Assembly (NCBI GenBank): GCA_964490075.1
Contig: CAZBBK010000008.1
Coordinates: 1-64,000, forward strand
Length of the DNA stretch: 64,000 bases
Origin: an uncultured Gemmatimonadota bacterium
Lineage (GTDB): Bacteria; GCA-2686955
Direction: 5' to 3'
In this document: positions 39,478 through 49,296 of the stretch, one piece after another
Layout of the letters: every line of letters starts with the position of its first letter
How positions within the stretch are numbered: the stretch's first letter is position 1
Program-made: the position numbers and the translations under genes
The notes under the pieces: generated by a model
Databases searched by the model: none
What the model saw: the letters and a program-made list of their open reading frames with translations, nothing else
Told to the model about the DNA's origin: nothing

Positions 39478-40784
39478 ACCATGCGCGGAAACTGATCGAA
39501 CGGATCGAGCGCGGTGAAGCTCGATGCGGCGTCATTGGATTGGGTTATGTGGGTCTGCCGCTGGCCTGCGAGTTCGCTCGCTCCGGGCTGACTGCCGTCG
39601 GATTCGATGTGTCCGCCGAGAAGTGCGCCAGCATCAATGATGGGCGCTCGTATGTGAAGGACGTGACTTCACAAGATCTTGCCAAAGAGGTGGCCGCCGG
39701 TCGTCTCTCAGCGACCACAGATTTTGAACTGCTCTCGAGCTTGGATACCATCAATATTTGCGTCCCCACTCCCCTTCGCAAAACGCGAGATCCCGACGTT
39801 TCGTACATCGTTTCGGCGGTCACCGAGATCGCCAAGTACTTACGGGCCGGACAGTTGGTGATTCTCGAGAGCACGACCTACCCGGGCACGACCGACGAGC
39901 TCATTCTGCCCCGATTGGAACGTACCGGCCTGGAGGCATCGAAGGATTTCTTCCTCGCGTTCTCACCAGAGCGGGTCGACCCAGGAAATCCGCGTTTCAA
40001 TACGCGCAACATCCCCAAGGTGGTCGGTGGGCATTCAGAAGCATGTACCGACGTGGCGCGTGCCCTCTACACGAGAACCGTGGATCGAGTCGTCCCGGTA
40101 TCGTCGACAAGAGTGGCCGAAATGGTCAAGCTCCACGAAAACACTTTTCGCAGTGTGAACATCGGTCTGGTCAACGAGCTCGCGTTGATGTGCAACGAAA
40201 TGGGGATCGACGTCTGGGAGGTGATCGAAGCGGCCGCCACCAAGCCCTTCGGTTTCACTCCTTTCTTTCCCGGGCCGGGACTCGGTGGACATTGCATTCC
40301 GATCGACCCCTTCTACCTCTCCTGGAAGGCGCGGCAGCACGGGTTCGAGGCTCGGTTCATCGAGCTGGCCGGGCATGTGAATACCAGCATGCCTCACTAT
40401 GTTGCCACGCGTGTTTCCGAGGCGTTGAACTCCCGCTCGCGCTCGGTGCGAGGGGCCAAGATCATGATCGCGGGCGTTGCCTACAAGCCGGATATCGATG
40501 ACTCCAGGGAGTCTCCCGCCTTGGACGTCATTGAGCAGCTACATAGATGGGGAGCGTCGGTGGTCTACTCCGATCCCTTGATCCCGGTGTACAAGGAGGG
40601 GAGCGTCGACATGGAATCGGTTGCGTTCGACGCGTATCAGATCACGGCACAGGATTGCGTGGTGATCATCACCAATCACGAAGCGTTCGACTACGATTTG
40701 CTGCTGTCGAGCGACGGGCCGGTCGTGGTGGATTCACGAAATGCGCTGCGTGGAGTGCAATCCCCACACATCTTCAGGCTCTGA
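39474..40784 (+). CDS. UDP-N-acetylhexosamine 6-dehydrogenase (WbpA/WecC family)
   Basis: GLGYVGLPLA, ICVPTPL, ESTTYPGTT, SPERVDPG, GGHCIPIDP, AYKPDIDDSRESP. Confidence 0.92.
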   Translation: MNHARKLIERIERGEARCGVIGLGYVGLPLACEFARSGLTAVGFDVSAEKCASINDGRSYVKDVTSQDLAKEVAAGRLSATTDFELLSSLDTINICVPTPLRKTRDPDVSYIVSAVTEIAKYLRAGQLVILESTTYPGTTDELILPRLERTGLEASKDFFLAFSPERVDPGNPRFNTRNIPKVVGGHSEACTDVARALYTRTVDRVVPVSSTRVAEMVKLHENTFRSVNIGLVNELALMCNEMGIDVWEVIEAAATKPFGFTPFFPGPGLGGHCIPIDPFYLSWKARQHGFEARFIELAGHVNTSMPHYVATRVSEALNSRSRSVRGAKIMIAGVAYKPDIDDSRESPALDVIEQLHRWGASVVYSDPLIPVYKEGSVDMESVAFDAYQITAQDCVVIITNHEAFDYDLLLSSDGPVVVDSRNALRGVQSPHIFRL

Positions 40785-42501
40785 AGATCTCCGGCGCGAT
40801 TCGGCGCAGCGCGTGCAGCCCGCCCTGGATGACCAGCGTGTCGATCTTGCCGAGCGAGTGCAGCAGGACCTGCACTTCGTAGGAACGGGCGCCTGCGTCG
40901 CAGACGATGATCAGGGTCTTGCCGGCGGGGAGCTCGCCGTGGCGGCGGCGGATTTCTTCGAGGGGAATCGCCAGCCACCGGTCGGCACCAATTCGGTCGA
41001 CCAAGGCCGCGCTTTCTCGCTCGGGGCGAACGTCTAGGGCCAGCCATTGCTGTTCCTGGTCTGTATCGCGCAGCCAATCGATGAAGCGGCGCAGATCGAC
41101 CGTGTGCAGTCGACCCGCGCAGAGGTTGTCGGCGACCGAGGCGACGGCGTTGAGCGAGTCGATGGCCGTGGAAAAAGGCGGTGCGTAGGCCATCTCGAGA
41201 TTGATGAAGTCTTCGACGATTGCGCCGGAGGCCAGGGGCATGGCCGCGGCATCGACTCGAGCGAGCACGGCGTCACCGTTTGGACCGAAGGCCTGCAGAC
41301 CAAGTACGCGCCGCGAGCGGCGGTCGAAGACCATCTGCAGGATCAGGATCTCTTGTCCGGGATAGAAGTGGGCCCGATCGAACGCGGCGGCGAGAGCGAC
41401 TTCGGGCTCGAAGCCCGCGTCGCGAGAGCGTTCCGCGCTCAGGCCGGTCGCGGCAACACAGCGCTCGAACGCCTTCATGATGAAGCTGCCGACGATCCCG
41501 GAGAAGACCGAGCGGTTGCCGGCCATGTTGTCGGCGGCGACGCGCGCCTGGCGATTGGCCAGCGACCCCAAGGGCATGTGGCAAGGATTGCCGGTCAGCA
41601 GATGCCTGGTCGCGGTGCAGTCGCCCGCGGCGAAGATCAACGGATCCGACGTCTGGAGATGTTCGTTGACGACGATTGCTCCGTTGTCAGAGGTCTCCAA
41701 CCCTGCCGCGATTGCCAGTTCGGATCGCGGCCGCACTCCGGTCGCCACCACGACCAGGTCCGCCGCGATGGTTCGATTGGGGGTCTCGACTCGTATCGGC
41801 TCGCCTGGCGTTCCGCCCGCCAGAGCGATGGCGGGCTCGCCGGTGTGGACGGTCACATCCTGGTCTCTTAGGTGCGCCTCGACCATGGCGGCGAGCGGCC
41901 AGTCGACGAGCTTCGGCAGCAGCCGGGATTCGGCCTCGATCAGAGTCGTTGGGATCCCCCACAGATCGGCCAGGGCCTCGGTCATCTCGATGCCTACGCC
42001 GCTGCCCCCAATCACGACAGCAGTGCCCACTTCGCCTCGGGTCAGTCTTTGGCGGATCTCGATCGCGCTGTGCAGGTTGGCGACGGCGAACACACCATCG
42101 AGATCGATGCCCGGAATCGGGGGGCGCAGCGGGGTCGCTCCTGTTGCCAGGAGCAGCTGATCGTAGGGGAGCCGAAGCTCGGCGCCGGTCTCCAACTGCT
42201 TGGCGATTACGGTCCTGGTCTTGCGGTCGATTGACACCACCCGCGTGCGGGTTTGGACCTCGACACCCTTCGCGTTGGCGAAGAACTCGGCGTCCCGCAG
42301 GGCGTGGTAGCTGGTCGATCGCAGCTGGGCTTCCTCGGGTATGTCGCCAGATACGAAGTACGGAATTCCGCAGGCCCCATAAGAGATCAGGTCATCCTCG
42401 TCGATGAGGGTGATCTTCCAGTTCGGCTTCAGCCGCCGCAGGCGGCAAGCCGCCTTCGAACCGGCCGCCACGGCACCGACGATCACCACGCGCTGTGTCA
42501 T
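40774..42501 (-). CDS. FAD-dependent CoA-disulfide/persulfide reductase with C-terminal rhodanese domain (CoADR-RHD/Npsr-like)
   Basis: VVIVGAVAAG, ISYGACGIPY redox Cys, AAGDC, YAPPFS, rhodanese LDVR...VCDAGARSY. Confidence 0.85.
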   Translation of the reverse strand: MTQRVVIVGAVAAGSKAACRLRRLKPNWKITLIDEDDLISYGACGIPYFVSGDIPEEAQLRSTSYHALRDAEFFANAKGVEVQTRTRVVSIDRKTRTVIAKQLETGAELRLPYDQLLLATGATPLRPPIPGIDLDGVFAVANLHSAIEIRQRLTRGEVGTAVVIGGSGVGIEMTEALADLWGIPTTLIEAESRLLPKLVDWPLAAMVEAHLRDQDVTVHTGEPAIALAGGTPGEPIRVETPNRTIAADLVVVATGVRPRSELAIAAGLETSDNGAIVVNEHLQTSDPLIFAAGDCTATRHLLTGNPCHMPLGSLANRQARVAADNMAGNRSVFSGIVGSFIMKAFERCVAATGLSAERSRDAGFEPEVALAAAFDRAHFYPGQEILILQMVFDRRSRRVLGLQAFGPNGDAVLARVDAAAMPLASGAIVEDFINLEMAYAPPFSTAIDSLNAVASVADNLCAGRLHTVDLRRFIDWLRDTDQEQQWLALDVRPERESAALVDRIGADRWLAIPLEEIRRRHGELPAGKTLIIVCDAGARSYEVQVLLHSLGKIDTLVIQGGLHALRRIAPEIFRA

Positions 42502-42536
42502 TGGATCCTCTCGGAGCTCGCAAGGCTCAACGGCGT

Positions 42537-44333
42537 TCAATCCGTCGCGGCGGCTCTCCGGCGCTCGATCGCGCGAGCGAGATCAGCGAGGCTGACTTCG
42601 TCGTCCAGCCTCTCGACCTTCGCCCAGCCGCGCTCTCGAGCGCGCCCGGCGGCGGCCCCGCCGATGCACCAGGCAACGACCTCGGCGCTCCAGCCGCGGG
42701 AGTCGCGCTCGTCATCCAGGAAATCTACATCGTCGGAGCTGCGCACAATGGCGCCCGTGATCGGCAATGCGGACAGCACCACGCGCGCGGACTCGGTGAT
42801 GGGCAACGGCACTTCGATCACGTCGGCACCCTTCATCTCGAGCAGGTCTTTCAGATCGGAGCAGGGGGCCGGAGCCACCAATCGCTCCCCCTGCAGCGGC
42901 CGAGAGCTGAACCAGTCGAGTCGATCGGCGTGTTTCACCGTCGGGCCGATCACGAACAGGCCGGGTGGACGCAGATTGTTGGTGGCGACCGCGCTCGGCA
43001 GCTCACGAAGCGAAGTGCGAACGGTCCGCTGCCGTGAAGTGGTGCCGCGTTCGATCATTGCGGCCGGCGTCTCGGAGTCCATGCCGGCCTCGATCAAACG
43101 CCTCACGACCTCGTCGATGCAGGTAACACCCATATAGCCGACGAGCGTCGCGTGAGGATCCGCCGCGAGCAGATCCCAGCGCACCTGCTCTCCGTCCGAC
43201 TTGATCGCCTCGTGCGCGGTAAACAGCGTCAAGCGCACGGCCTCGCGCCGGCTGGTCACGGGGATGCCGGCGTAGGCCGGCACCGCCACTCCGGCAGTGA
43301 CACTCGGCACGATTTCGAAAGGAATGCCCGCCTCGACCAGAACCAGGGCCTCCTCGCCTCCGCGCCCGAAGACGACGGGATCCCCGCCCTTCAGGCGAAC
43401 CACGCGCTTCCCTTGCAGAGCAAGCCGCACCAAGAGCGCATTGGTCTCCTCCTGGGGGACCGGGTGATGACTCGACTCCTTGCCGACGCAGCGCAGCTCG
43501 ATATCGGCGGGGAGATCGCAGGGCAGCGCCGGCGCCGCCAGTCGGTCGTAGACGATGACATCGGCTGCGTGCATGCGCTGGCGTGCGCGTAGAGTCAACA
43601 GACCTGGATCTCCTGGTCCCGCACCAACGAGCGAGACCATGCCGGCTTTTGGCTCCGCGGACGATTCGACTTCTGCGCGAGAACCCGCTGATTCGTTCTC
43701 CCGGCCTGCGACGGGCACCGACAGCAGCCGTTGCTCATCGGCCGCGACCGGCACTCGAGCTCTGAGACCCTCCGGATCTACTGTGGCCTGGAAAAAGCGA
43801 TCGAAGCGCTCCTCCTCTTCGGGCTTGGACAACGCCAACGCGCGGACCGCGCGCCGAAACCGCGCCGCCGCATCCATCCACTCGCCCCATTCGGGGCCAA
43901 AACGTCGCTCCAGGAGCTGGCGCATCCGTCTGACTACGAAGGGCGCCTCTCCCGCCGAGCCGATCGCGAGCTGCATCGCGCCGCGCTGGACGCGGGCAGG
44001 CAGCTGAAAAGTGCAGAGCTCCGGGTCGTCCGCCACGTTTACCCAGATCCCGGCATCACGCGCGTCGGTGTAGACCAGCCGGTTGACCGCTCGGTCGTCG
44101 GTTGCGGCAAACACCAGCGCGAAGTCACGCGCTTCCGGGCTGTGGTAATCGCGCGCCTGTAACTCGATTCTGCCCGCGTCGGCGAGCCCATGCACCGCCG
44201 CCATCGGAGCAGGCGCGACTACGAAGACCCGTGCGCCACCCTCCAGCAGGCCTTCGATCTTCCGCAGAGCGACACCACCGCCGCCCACGACCAGGCAGCG
44301 ATGGTCGCGCAAGTCGAGCATGATAGGAAACAC
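42537..44333 (-). CDS. cysG: Siroheme synthase CysG with C-terminal HemD-like extension
   Basis: LVVGGGGVALRK, NVADDPELCTF; methyltransferase VGAGPGDPGLLT, RLKGGDP.FGRGGEE; extra tail from RPLQGERLV. Confidence 0.9.
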   Translation of the reverse strand: MFPIMLDLRDHRCLVVGGGGVALRKIEGLLEGGARVFVVAPAPMAAVHGLADAGRIELQARDYHSPEARDFALVFAATDDRAVNRLVYTDARDAGIWVNVADDPELCTFQLPARVQRGAMQLAIGSAGEAPFVVRRMRQLLERRFGPEWGEWMDAAARFRRAVRALALSKPEEEERFDRFFQATVDPEGLRARVPVAADEQRLLSVPVAGRENESAGSRAEVESSAEPKAGMVSLVGAGPGDPGLLTLRARQRMHAADVIVYDRLAAPALPCDLPADIELRCVGKESSHHPVPQEETNALLVRLALQGKRVVRLKGGDPVVFGRGGEEALVLVEAGIPFEIVPSVTAGVAVPAYAGIPVTSRREAVRLTLFTAHEAIKSDGEQVRWDLLAADPHATLVGYMGVTCIDEVVRRLIEAGMDSETPAAMIERGTTSRQRTVRTSLRELPSAVATNNLRPPGLFVIGPTVKHADRLDWFSSRPLQGERLVAPAPCSDLKDLLEMKGADVIEVPLPITESARVVLSALPITGAIVRSSDDVDFLDDERDSRGWSAEVVAWCIGGAAAGRARERGWAKVERLDDEVSLADLARAIERRRAAATD

Positions 44334-44335
44334 GC

Positions 44336-45505
44336 TCAGGCCTCGCGCAGACTTCCCACGGATGCTCGGGCGGCGAGGGCAACTCTGTAGAGCACCGTCA
44401 GCACACCGACACCGACGGCGTAGATACCGATCCCGATCAGAGCCTCGGGGAGCGTCGGCCAGTACTCCGTCACATCGCCGAAGGGCGAGGGAACGAATCC
44501 ACCGACTACCATCCCGAGTCCCTTGTCGATCCAGATCCCGGCGACCGCTGCGACGCAGGCAACCACCAGCGTAGTCTCACGCTTTCTCGTCTTTGGGATC
44601 AGCAGCAGCAGCAGTGCTCCCAGGCAGAGCAGCTGAGCAACCCACATCCACGGCACCAGCGCGCTGGCGCCGTCCAGCCCCAGGAACAGGTACTGGAAAT
44701 GGTGCAAGTGCTCTGGTATGTCGCTGTAGATGACGGTGAAGAACTCCATGGCCACGAAGAATAGGTTGGCCAGCATCGCATACACCACGATCAGGCTCAG
44801 CAGATTCAGAGCCTTCTTGCCGGCGTCGAAACCGCTGACTCGCCGTAGGACCAGACAAATGAGAATCAGCAACGCGGGCCCGGAAGCGAATGCGGAGGCG
44901 AGAAAGCGCGGCGCGAGAATCGCGGTCATCCAAAACGATCTGGCGCCCAAGCCGGCGTACAGGAAGGCAGTAACTGTGTGAATGCTGACCGCCCAAGGAA
45001 TCGACAGAACGATGATCGGGCGGATCCACTTGGGAGGCGCGCAGCCGTGGATCTCCGCCTGAAACGTCACTCTGGATATGACGACGTTCAATACCAGATA
45101 ACCGAACAGAACCGTCATGTCCCAGAACATGAGCGAGTTTGGAGTAGGGAAGAGCGCGACGTTGAGGACCCGCGTCGGCTGCCCCATGTCGACGAATATG
45201 AAGAGCATACACATCAATACGGCCGAAATCGCCAGGAACTCCCCCAGCACCACGATGCGCCCGAACGCTTTGAAATCATGGAGGTAGTAGGGAAGCACCA
45301 GAACAACCGCCGACGCCGCCACTCCCACCAGGAACGTGAATTGAGAGATGTAGAAGCCCCAAGGCACGTCGCGGCTCAAGCCGGTGACCGTCAGGCCGAC
45401 GCTGAGCTGCCGCAGGTAGGCGAACAGACCGAGCAGAACGAATAGGCCGAGGACACCGAGCAGGGTTCGATACCCGCGGCCACCGCCGAGCGCTTTCTCC
45501 AGCAT
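44336..45505 (-). CDS. dsrP: DsrP, NrfD-family membrane subunit
   Basis: GLTVTGLSRDVPWGFYISQFTFLVGVAASA, SIPWAVSIHTVTAF, APRFLASAF; gene order. Confidence 0.95.
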   Translation of the reverse strand: MLEKALGGGRGYRTLLGVLGLFVLLGLFAYLRQLSVGLTVTGLSRDVPWGFYISQFTFLVGVAASAVVLVLPYYLHDFKAFGRIVVLGEFLAISAVLMCMLFIFVDMGQPTRVLNVALFPTPNSLMFWDMTVLFGYLVLNVVISRVTFQAEIHGCAPPKWIRPIIVLSIPWAVSIHTVTAFLYAGLGARSFWMTAILAPRFLASAFASGPALLILICLVLRRVSGFDAGKKALNLLSLIVVYAMLANLFFVAMEFFTVIYSDIPEHLHHFQYLFLGLDGASALVPWMWVAQLLCLGALLLLLIPKTRKRETTLVVACVAAVAGIWIDKGLGMVVGGFVPSPFGDVTEYWPTLPEALIGIGIYAVGVGVLTVLYRVALAARASVGSLREA

Positions 45506-45512
45506 TACAACC

Positions 45513-46286
45513 TCACAGCTTGTAGTGAACCTTGGGTCGCGTGCCCAACTCCGCCTTGCGCTGCGCGACCAGATTCGCGCGTACCAACTGGCGGATCTCG
45601 GAGTGTTCGTCGTTCAGATCTCCGAACACCATGGCGCCGCCGACCTTCTGGCATGCCTCGACGCACGCCGGCAGCTGACCCCCGGCCAGTCTCTCAGCGC
45701 AGAACGTGCACTTCTCGACGACGCCCTTGGTTCGTGTCGGGTAGTCGGCGCGGATCTTGTCGATGTAGGGCCTGGGATCGGACCAGTTGAAGCTGCGAGC
45801 TCCATAGGGACAGCCCACCACGCAGTAGCGGCAGCCGATGCAACGATGCTGGTCCATCATGACGATGCCGTCGTCGCGCTTCCAGGTCGCCTTGGTGGGG
45901 CAAACGCGTACGCAGGGCGGGTTGTCGCAGTGGTTGCACATGACGGGGAGCGGGCGCTCGCGAATCTCCTCACCGGTCTCGGAGAGGACGCGGTGCGGGA
46001 ACACCTTCTGGAGCGGCTCTTTCCAGATCCACTTGACCTCTTCTTCGACGTTTTCGATCAAGGGGATGTTGTGGACATCGCGACAAGCCTCGACGCACGC
46101 CGTGCATCCAGATCCCTCGGCGCATTTTTGGGTGTCGATCGCCAGAGCCCACCGAATTCCGGAGCTCGAGACCTCGCCGCCGCCAGTGGATCCACGGGCG
46201 CTCATCAGCACCAGCGGTGCCCCGCCACCCACTCCAAGTGCAGCGGCCCCGGCAGCCTTCAGAAATCCGCGTCGAGAGGTATCCAT
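45513..46286 (-). CDS. dsrO: DsrO, periplasmic Fe-S subunit
   Basis: Tat signal SRRGFLK; CNHCDNPPCVRVCP, CIGCRYCVVGCP, KGVVEKCTFC. Confidence 0.95.
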   Translation of the reverse strand: MDTSRRGFLKAAGAAALGVGGGAPLVLMSARGSTGGGEVSSSGIRWALAIDTQKCAEGSGCTACVEACRDVHNIPLIENVEEEVKWIWKEPLQKVFPHRVLSETGEEIRERPLPVMCNHCDNPPCVRVCPTKATWKRDDGIVMMDQHRCIGCRYCVVGCPYGARSFNWSDPRPYIDKIRADYPTRTKGVVEKCTFCAERLAGGQLPACVEACQKVGGAMVFGDLNDEHSEIRQLVRANLVAQRKAELGTRPKVHYKL

Positions 46287-46288
46287 GC

Positions 46289-46669
46289 CTACTCTCCAGA
46301 TGGATCGACGTGGCAATCCCAACACGCGGGCTTGACGTCGACATAGTTGTGGCATCGATCGCAGAACTCCGCCTTGCTGGTATGACAGCCGAGGCAGGTC
46401 TTCGACAGGCTCATCTCGTGCTCCACGCCATCAGGGCCGCGGTAGCGTCGTTCGCCGTGGCGTACCACCTGATCTCGCCAGTGATTGAGGAGCTCCATGT
46501 GCGAGGCGCGCATGTGCTCCGTCGATTCCACGCACCCGCCGCCGCCCTCTGGAAGAGTCAGCTCGGGAAGGTCTCCGGCGCCGCCCTTGGCCGCCGAGTA
46601 CCACAATGGAAACGCGCACACAAGGACAAACACGGCGAGTCCGGATACGATCTTCGCGCCATCGTACAT
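46289..46669 (-). CDS. dsrJ: DsrJ triheme cytochrome c
   Basis: CLGCH, CDRCH, CWDCH; MRASHMELLNHWRD. Confidence 0.95.
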   Translation of the reverse strand: MYDGAKIVSGLAVFVLVCAFPLWYSAAKGGAGDLPELTLPEGGGGCVESTEHMRASHMELLNHWRDQVVRHGERRYRGPDGVEHEMSLSKTCLGCHTSKAEFCDRCHNYVDVKPACWDCHVDPSGE

Positions 46670-46671
46670 CG

Positions 46672-48300
46672 CTAGTCCTCCTGTCCATTGAGCGGATCCA
46701 GCCTGAGATCCTGCGTTCGCTCCGTCTGCCCTTTCATGATCAGAGCGTTGCCCACCAGCTCGTGGATCCCCGTGACCTTGACCCCTGGCGCCCAGTAGTC
46801 ACAGACCGTGGTCAGGGTCGCTCGATCGATGGCGCACATGGCTGCGAGGTAATTCACTCCGAACTCGTCACGAACGTGCCGCACGGCATTACCGCGGGGA
46901 AGTCCGCCGCGCAACCGCATCTCCATGTTCTCATCGGTTCCCAGACCGGCGCCTCCACCGCAGCAGAACGTCTTTTCACGAATGGTGTTCTCGGGCATCT
47001 CCGTGAAGTTGTTGCAGACGTTCCTCAAGACGAATCTCGGTTCTTCGAAGATCCCCATGGCCCGGGCCGGGTTGCAGGAATCGTGGAAAGTCGCATGAAT
47101 ATGGTCGTTCTTGGACGGGTCGAGCTTCAGCTTGTCGTGCTTGATGAGGTCTGCCGTGAACTCGGTGATATGGATCATCTTGGTCGACCGCGCGTGCTCG
47201 AAGCGCGTGCCAGTGATCGGCGATGTCGGCACTTCGAGGCAGTCCACCGGGCCGTTCATGGTGCCCATGTATTGATTCAGCACGCGCCACATGTGGCCGC
47301 ACTCTCCGCCCAGGATCCACTTCACTCCCAAGCGTTGGGCCTCTGCGTAGATCTTGGCGTTTAGCTTCTTCATGGTATCGTGCGAGGTGAAGAGGCCGAA
47401 GTTCCCCCCGTCCGACGCGTAGCTGCTAAATGTGTAGTTCAGACCGAGCTCGTGGAAGAGCATCATGTAGCCCATGCAGGTGAAAGTGCCGGGCTCGGCC
47501 AGGAAGTCCCCCGACGGGGTCACGAAAAGGATGTCCGCGCCGACCTTGTTGATCGGAATGTCCACGGCGATTCCGGTGATTTCCTCGATATCCTCGGCGA
47601 AGAACTCCAGCGTGTCTTTCAGCCCGTGGGGCTGAATGCCCAAATGGTTGCCCGTGCGCGAGCAGTTAGCCACCGGCTCCAGCACCCAGTTGACGTTGAG
47701 TCCCAGGAGGTGGAGCAGCTCGCGCGCCAGCATCGTGATCTCGGCGGTATCGATACCGTAAGGACAAAACACCGAGCAGCGACGACATTCGGTGCATTGG
47801 TAGTAGTAGTAGAACCACTCCTTGATGACGTCGACGGTCAGCTCCCGACCGCCGGCCATTCGCCCGAGGATCCGTCCGGCCTTGGTGAACTCCTTGCGAT
47901 AGATCGATCGAAGCAGCTCGGCGCGGAGCACGGGCATGTTCTTGGGATCGCCGCCGCCGATGTAGAAATGGCACTTGTCTGCGCACGCTCCGCAGCGCAC
48001 GCAGATGTCCATGAAGAGCCTGAAGGAGCGATACTTCTGCAGTCGTTCCGCGATGCCGTCGATGATGATTTGTTTCCAGTTCTCTGGAAGCTGCCAGTCG
48101 TCATCGGTCGGTGCCCACTGTCGGGGATTGGCCATTCCCAGATAGGAGAGATGCTTCGGCTTGGCGGGATAGATGAAGCTCCCCGGCCGCATGTCGACCG
48201 GAGTGTCCATCCAGTCGGTGGGAGGCGGCTTCGCGTCGATATTGGACAACGTATCGTGGTCGTAGAACGCCATCTCGTCGGGCTGATGATCGGGCGCCAT
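46672..48300 (-). CDS. dsrK: DsrK, Fe-S/CCG catalytic subunit
   Basis: CVRCGACADKC, CTECRRCSVFCP, GECGHMWR, HDSCN, CCGGG. Confidence 0.96.
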   Translation of the reverse strand: MAPDHQPDEMAFYDHDTLSNIDAKPPPTDWMDTPVDMRPGSFIYPAKPKHLSYLGMANPRQWAPTDDDWQLPENWKQIIIDGIAERLQKYRSFRLFMDICVRCGACADKCHFYIGGGDPKNMPVLRAELLRSIYRKEFTKAGRILGRMAGGRELTVDVIKEWFYYYYQCTECRRCSVFCPYGIDTAEITMLARELLHLLGLNVNWVLEPVANCSRTGNHLGIQPHGLKDTLEFFAEDIEEITGIAVDIPINKVGADILFVTPSGDFLAEPGTFTCMGYMMLFHELGLNYTFSSYASDGGNFGLFTSHDTMKKLNAKIYAEAQRLGVKWILGGECGHMWRVLNQYMGTMNGPVDCLEVPTSPITGTRFEHARSTKMIHITEFTADLIKHDKLKLDPSKNDHIHATFHDSCNPARAMGIFEEPRFVLRNVCNNFTEMPENTIREKTFCCGGGAGLGTDENMEMRLRGGLPRGNAVRHVRDEFGVNYLAAMCAIDRATLTTVCDYWAPGVKVTGIHELVGNALIMKGQTERTQDLRLDPLNGQED

Positions 48301-48303
48301 GGC

Positions 48304-49296
48304 CTACTCCTTCTCGACCGGGATGCCGGCTGCCTTCATCTTCTCGCGGAACTCGTCCTCGTACTTCTCGTACGGGTAGACCTCGAAGGGAGGGTTCCAG
48401 GGATTGATGTGGCGAACCATGCGGTTGTTGTTGGCGAGATTGCGTGTCGGGCTGAGGAAGACGCCGCCCGCGTGCATGAGCTTGCTGAAGGGGAAGTAGA
48501 TCAGGAGCACGCAAACCAACAGAAGATGAGCGTAGAAGAGCCAGTGGATCTGCGCATCCGTGGCAGGGCTGAATGCCACCAGCGCCATGATCGTGGTCTT
48601 GATCGAAGCGACGTCGGTCTTGGCGAAATGCCTGAGCAAGATGCCGGTCACGGCGATCGCTCCGATCAGCAGCAACGGAAAGTAGTCCGCTGCGAGAGAA
48701 AGGTAGCGAAGTTGGGGCGACGCGAGTCGTCGGACCAGCAAGTAGAGCGTCGCGAGGAGCAGTCCAATGCCGGTCATCAGTAGCCCAGGCACCCCGATCT
48801 GCAGGAATCCATCCAGCCCGCTCACCCACCCCACGAATGCCGGCACCGGCTCTGTGAAGAACCTCAAGTGGCGGATGATCACCAGGGCGAAGCACCAATG
48901 GAAGACCATTGACGCCGCCCACAGTATCTTGTCCGAGGCGTGGATGACGTTGGCTCGTGCGTCGACCGTAGTCGCGGTATTTCGGAACAACGACCGGAAG
49001 CAGAGGATTTCCAGCGCCATCCTGCCAATTACACCGAGTGTCGTCTGGGGGTTGTCGAGAGGGCTGGACTTGATCCAGGGAAGAGAGCGTTGCTGGCCGC
49101 AGGTCGTGGGAATCCGGAAGGGCACCGGACTCCTGGCCCAGACGACGACCCGCCAAATGAAGCCGACCACGAAGACCGCAAATGCGAGATAGGGCAGCGC
49201 CGCTCCAACAAAGAGGCGCAGGCCGAGAGGCTCGACGCCGACGTACGCCGCGAGCAGCAATGCCACGACGACGATCAAAGGTACTGTGAGTTTCAT
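48304..49296 (-). CDS. dsrM: DsrM, NarI-like cytochrome b
   Basis: PVPFRIPTTCGQQ, FRSLFRN, FHW, RHLRFF, YFPFSKLMHAGG, NNNRMVRHINPWN. Confidence 0.95.
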   Translation of the reverse strand: MKLTVPLIVVVALLLAAYVGVEPLGLRLFVGAALPYLAFAVFVVGFIWRVVVWARSPVPFRIPTTCGQQRSLPWIKSSPLDNPQTTLGVIGRMALEILCFRSLFRNTATTVDARANVIHASDKILWAASMVFHWCFALVIIRHLRFFTEPVPAFVGWVSGLDGFLQIGVPGLLMTGIGLLLATLYLLVRRLASPQLRYLSLAADYFPLLLIGAIAVTGILLRHFAKTDVASIKTTIMALVAFSPATDAQIHWLFYAHLLLVCVLLIYFPFSKLMHAGGVFLSPTRNLANNNRMVRHINPWNPPFEVYPYEKYEDEFREKMKAAGIPVEKE

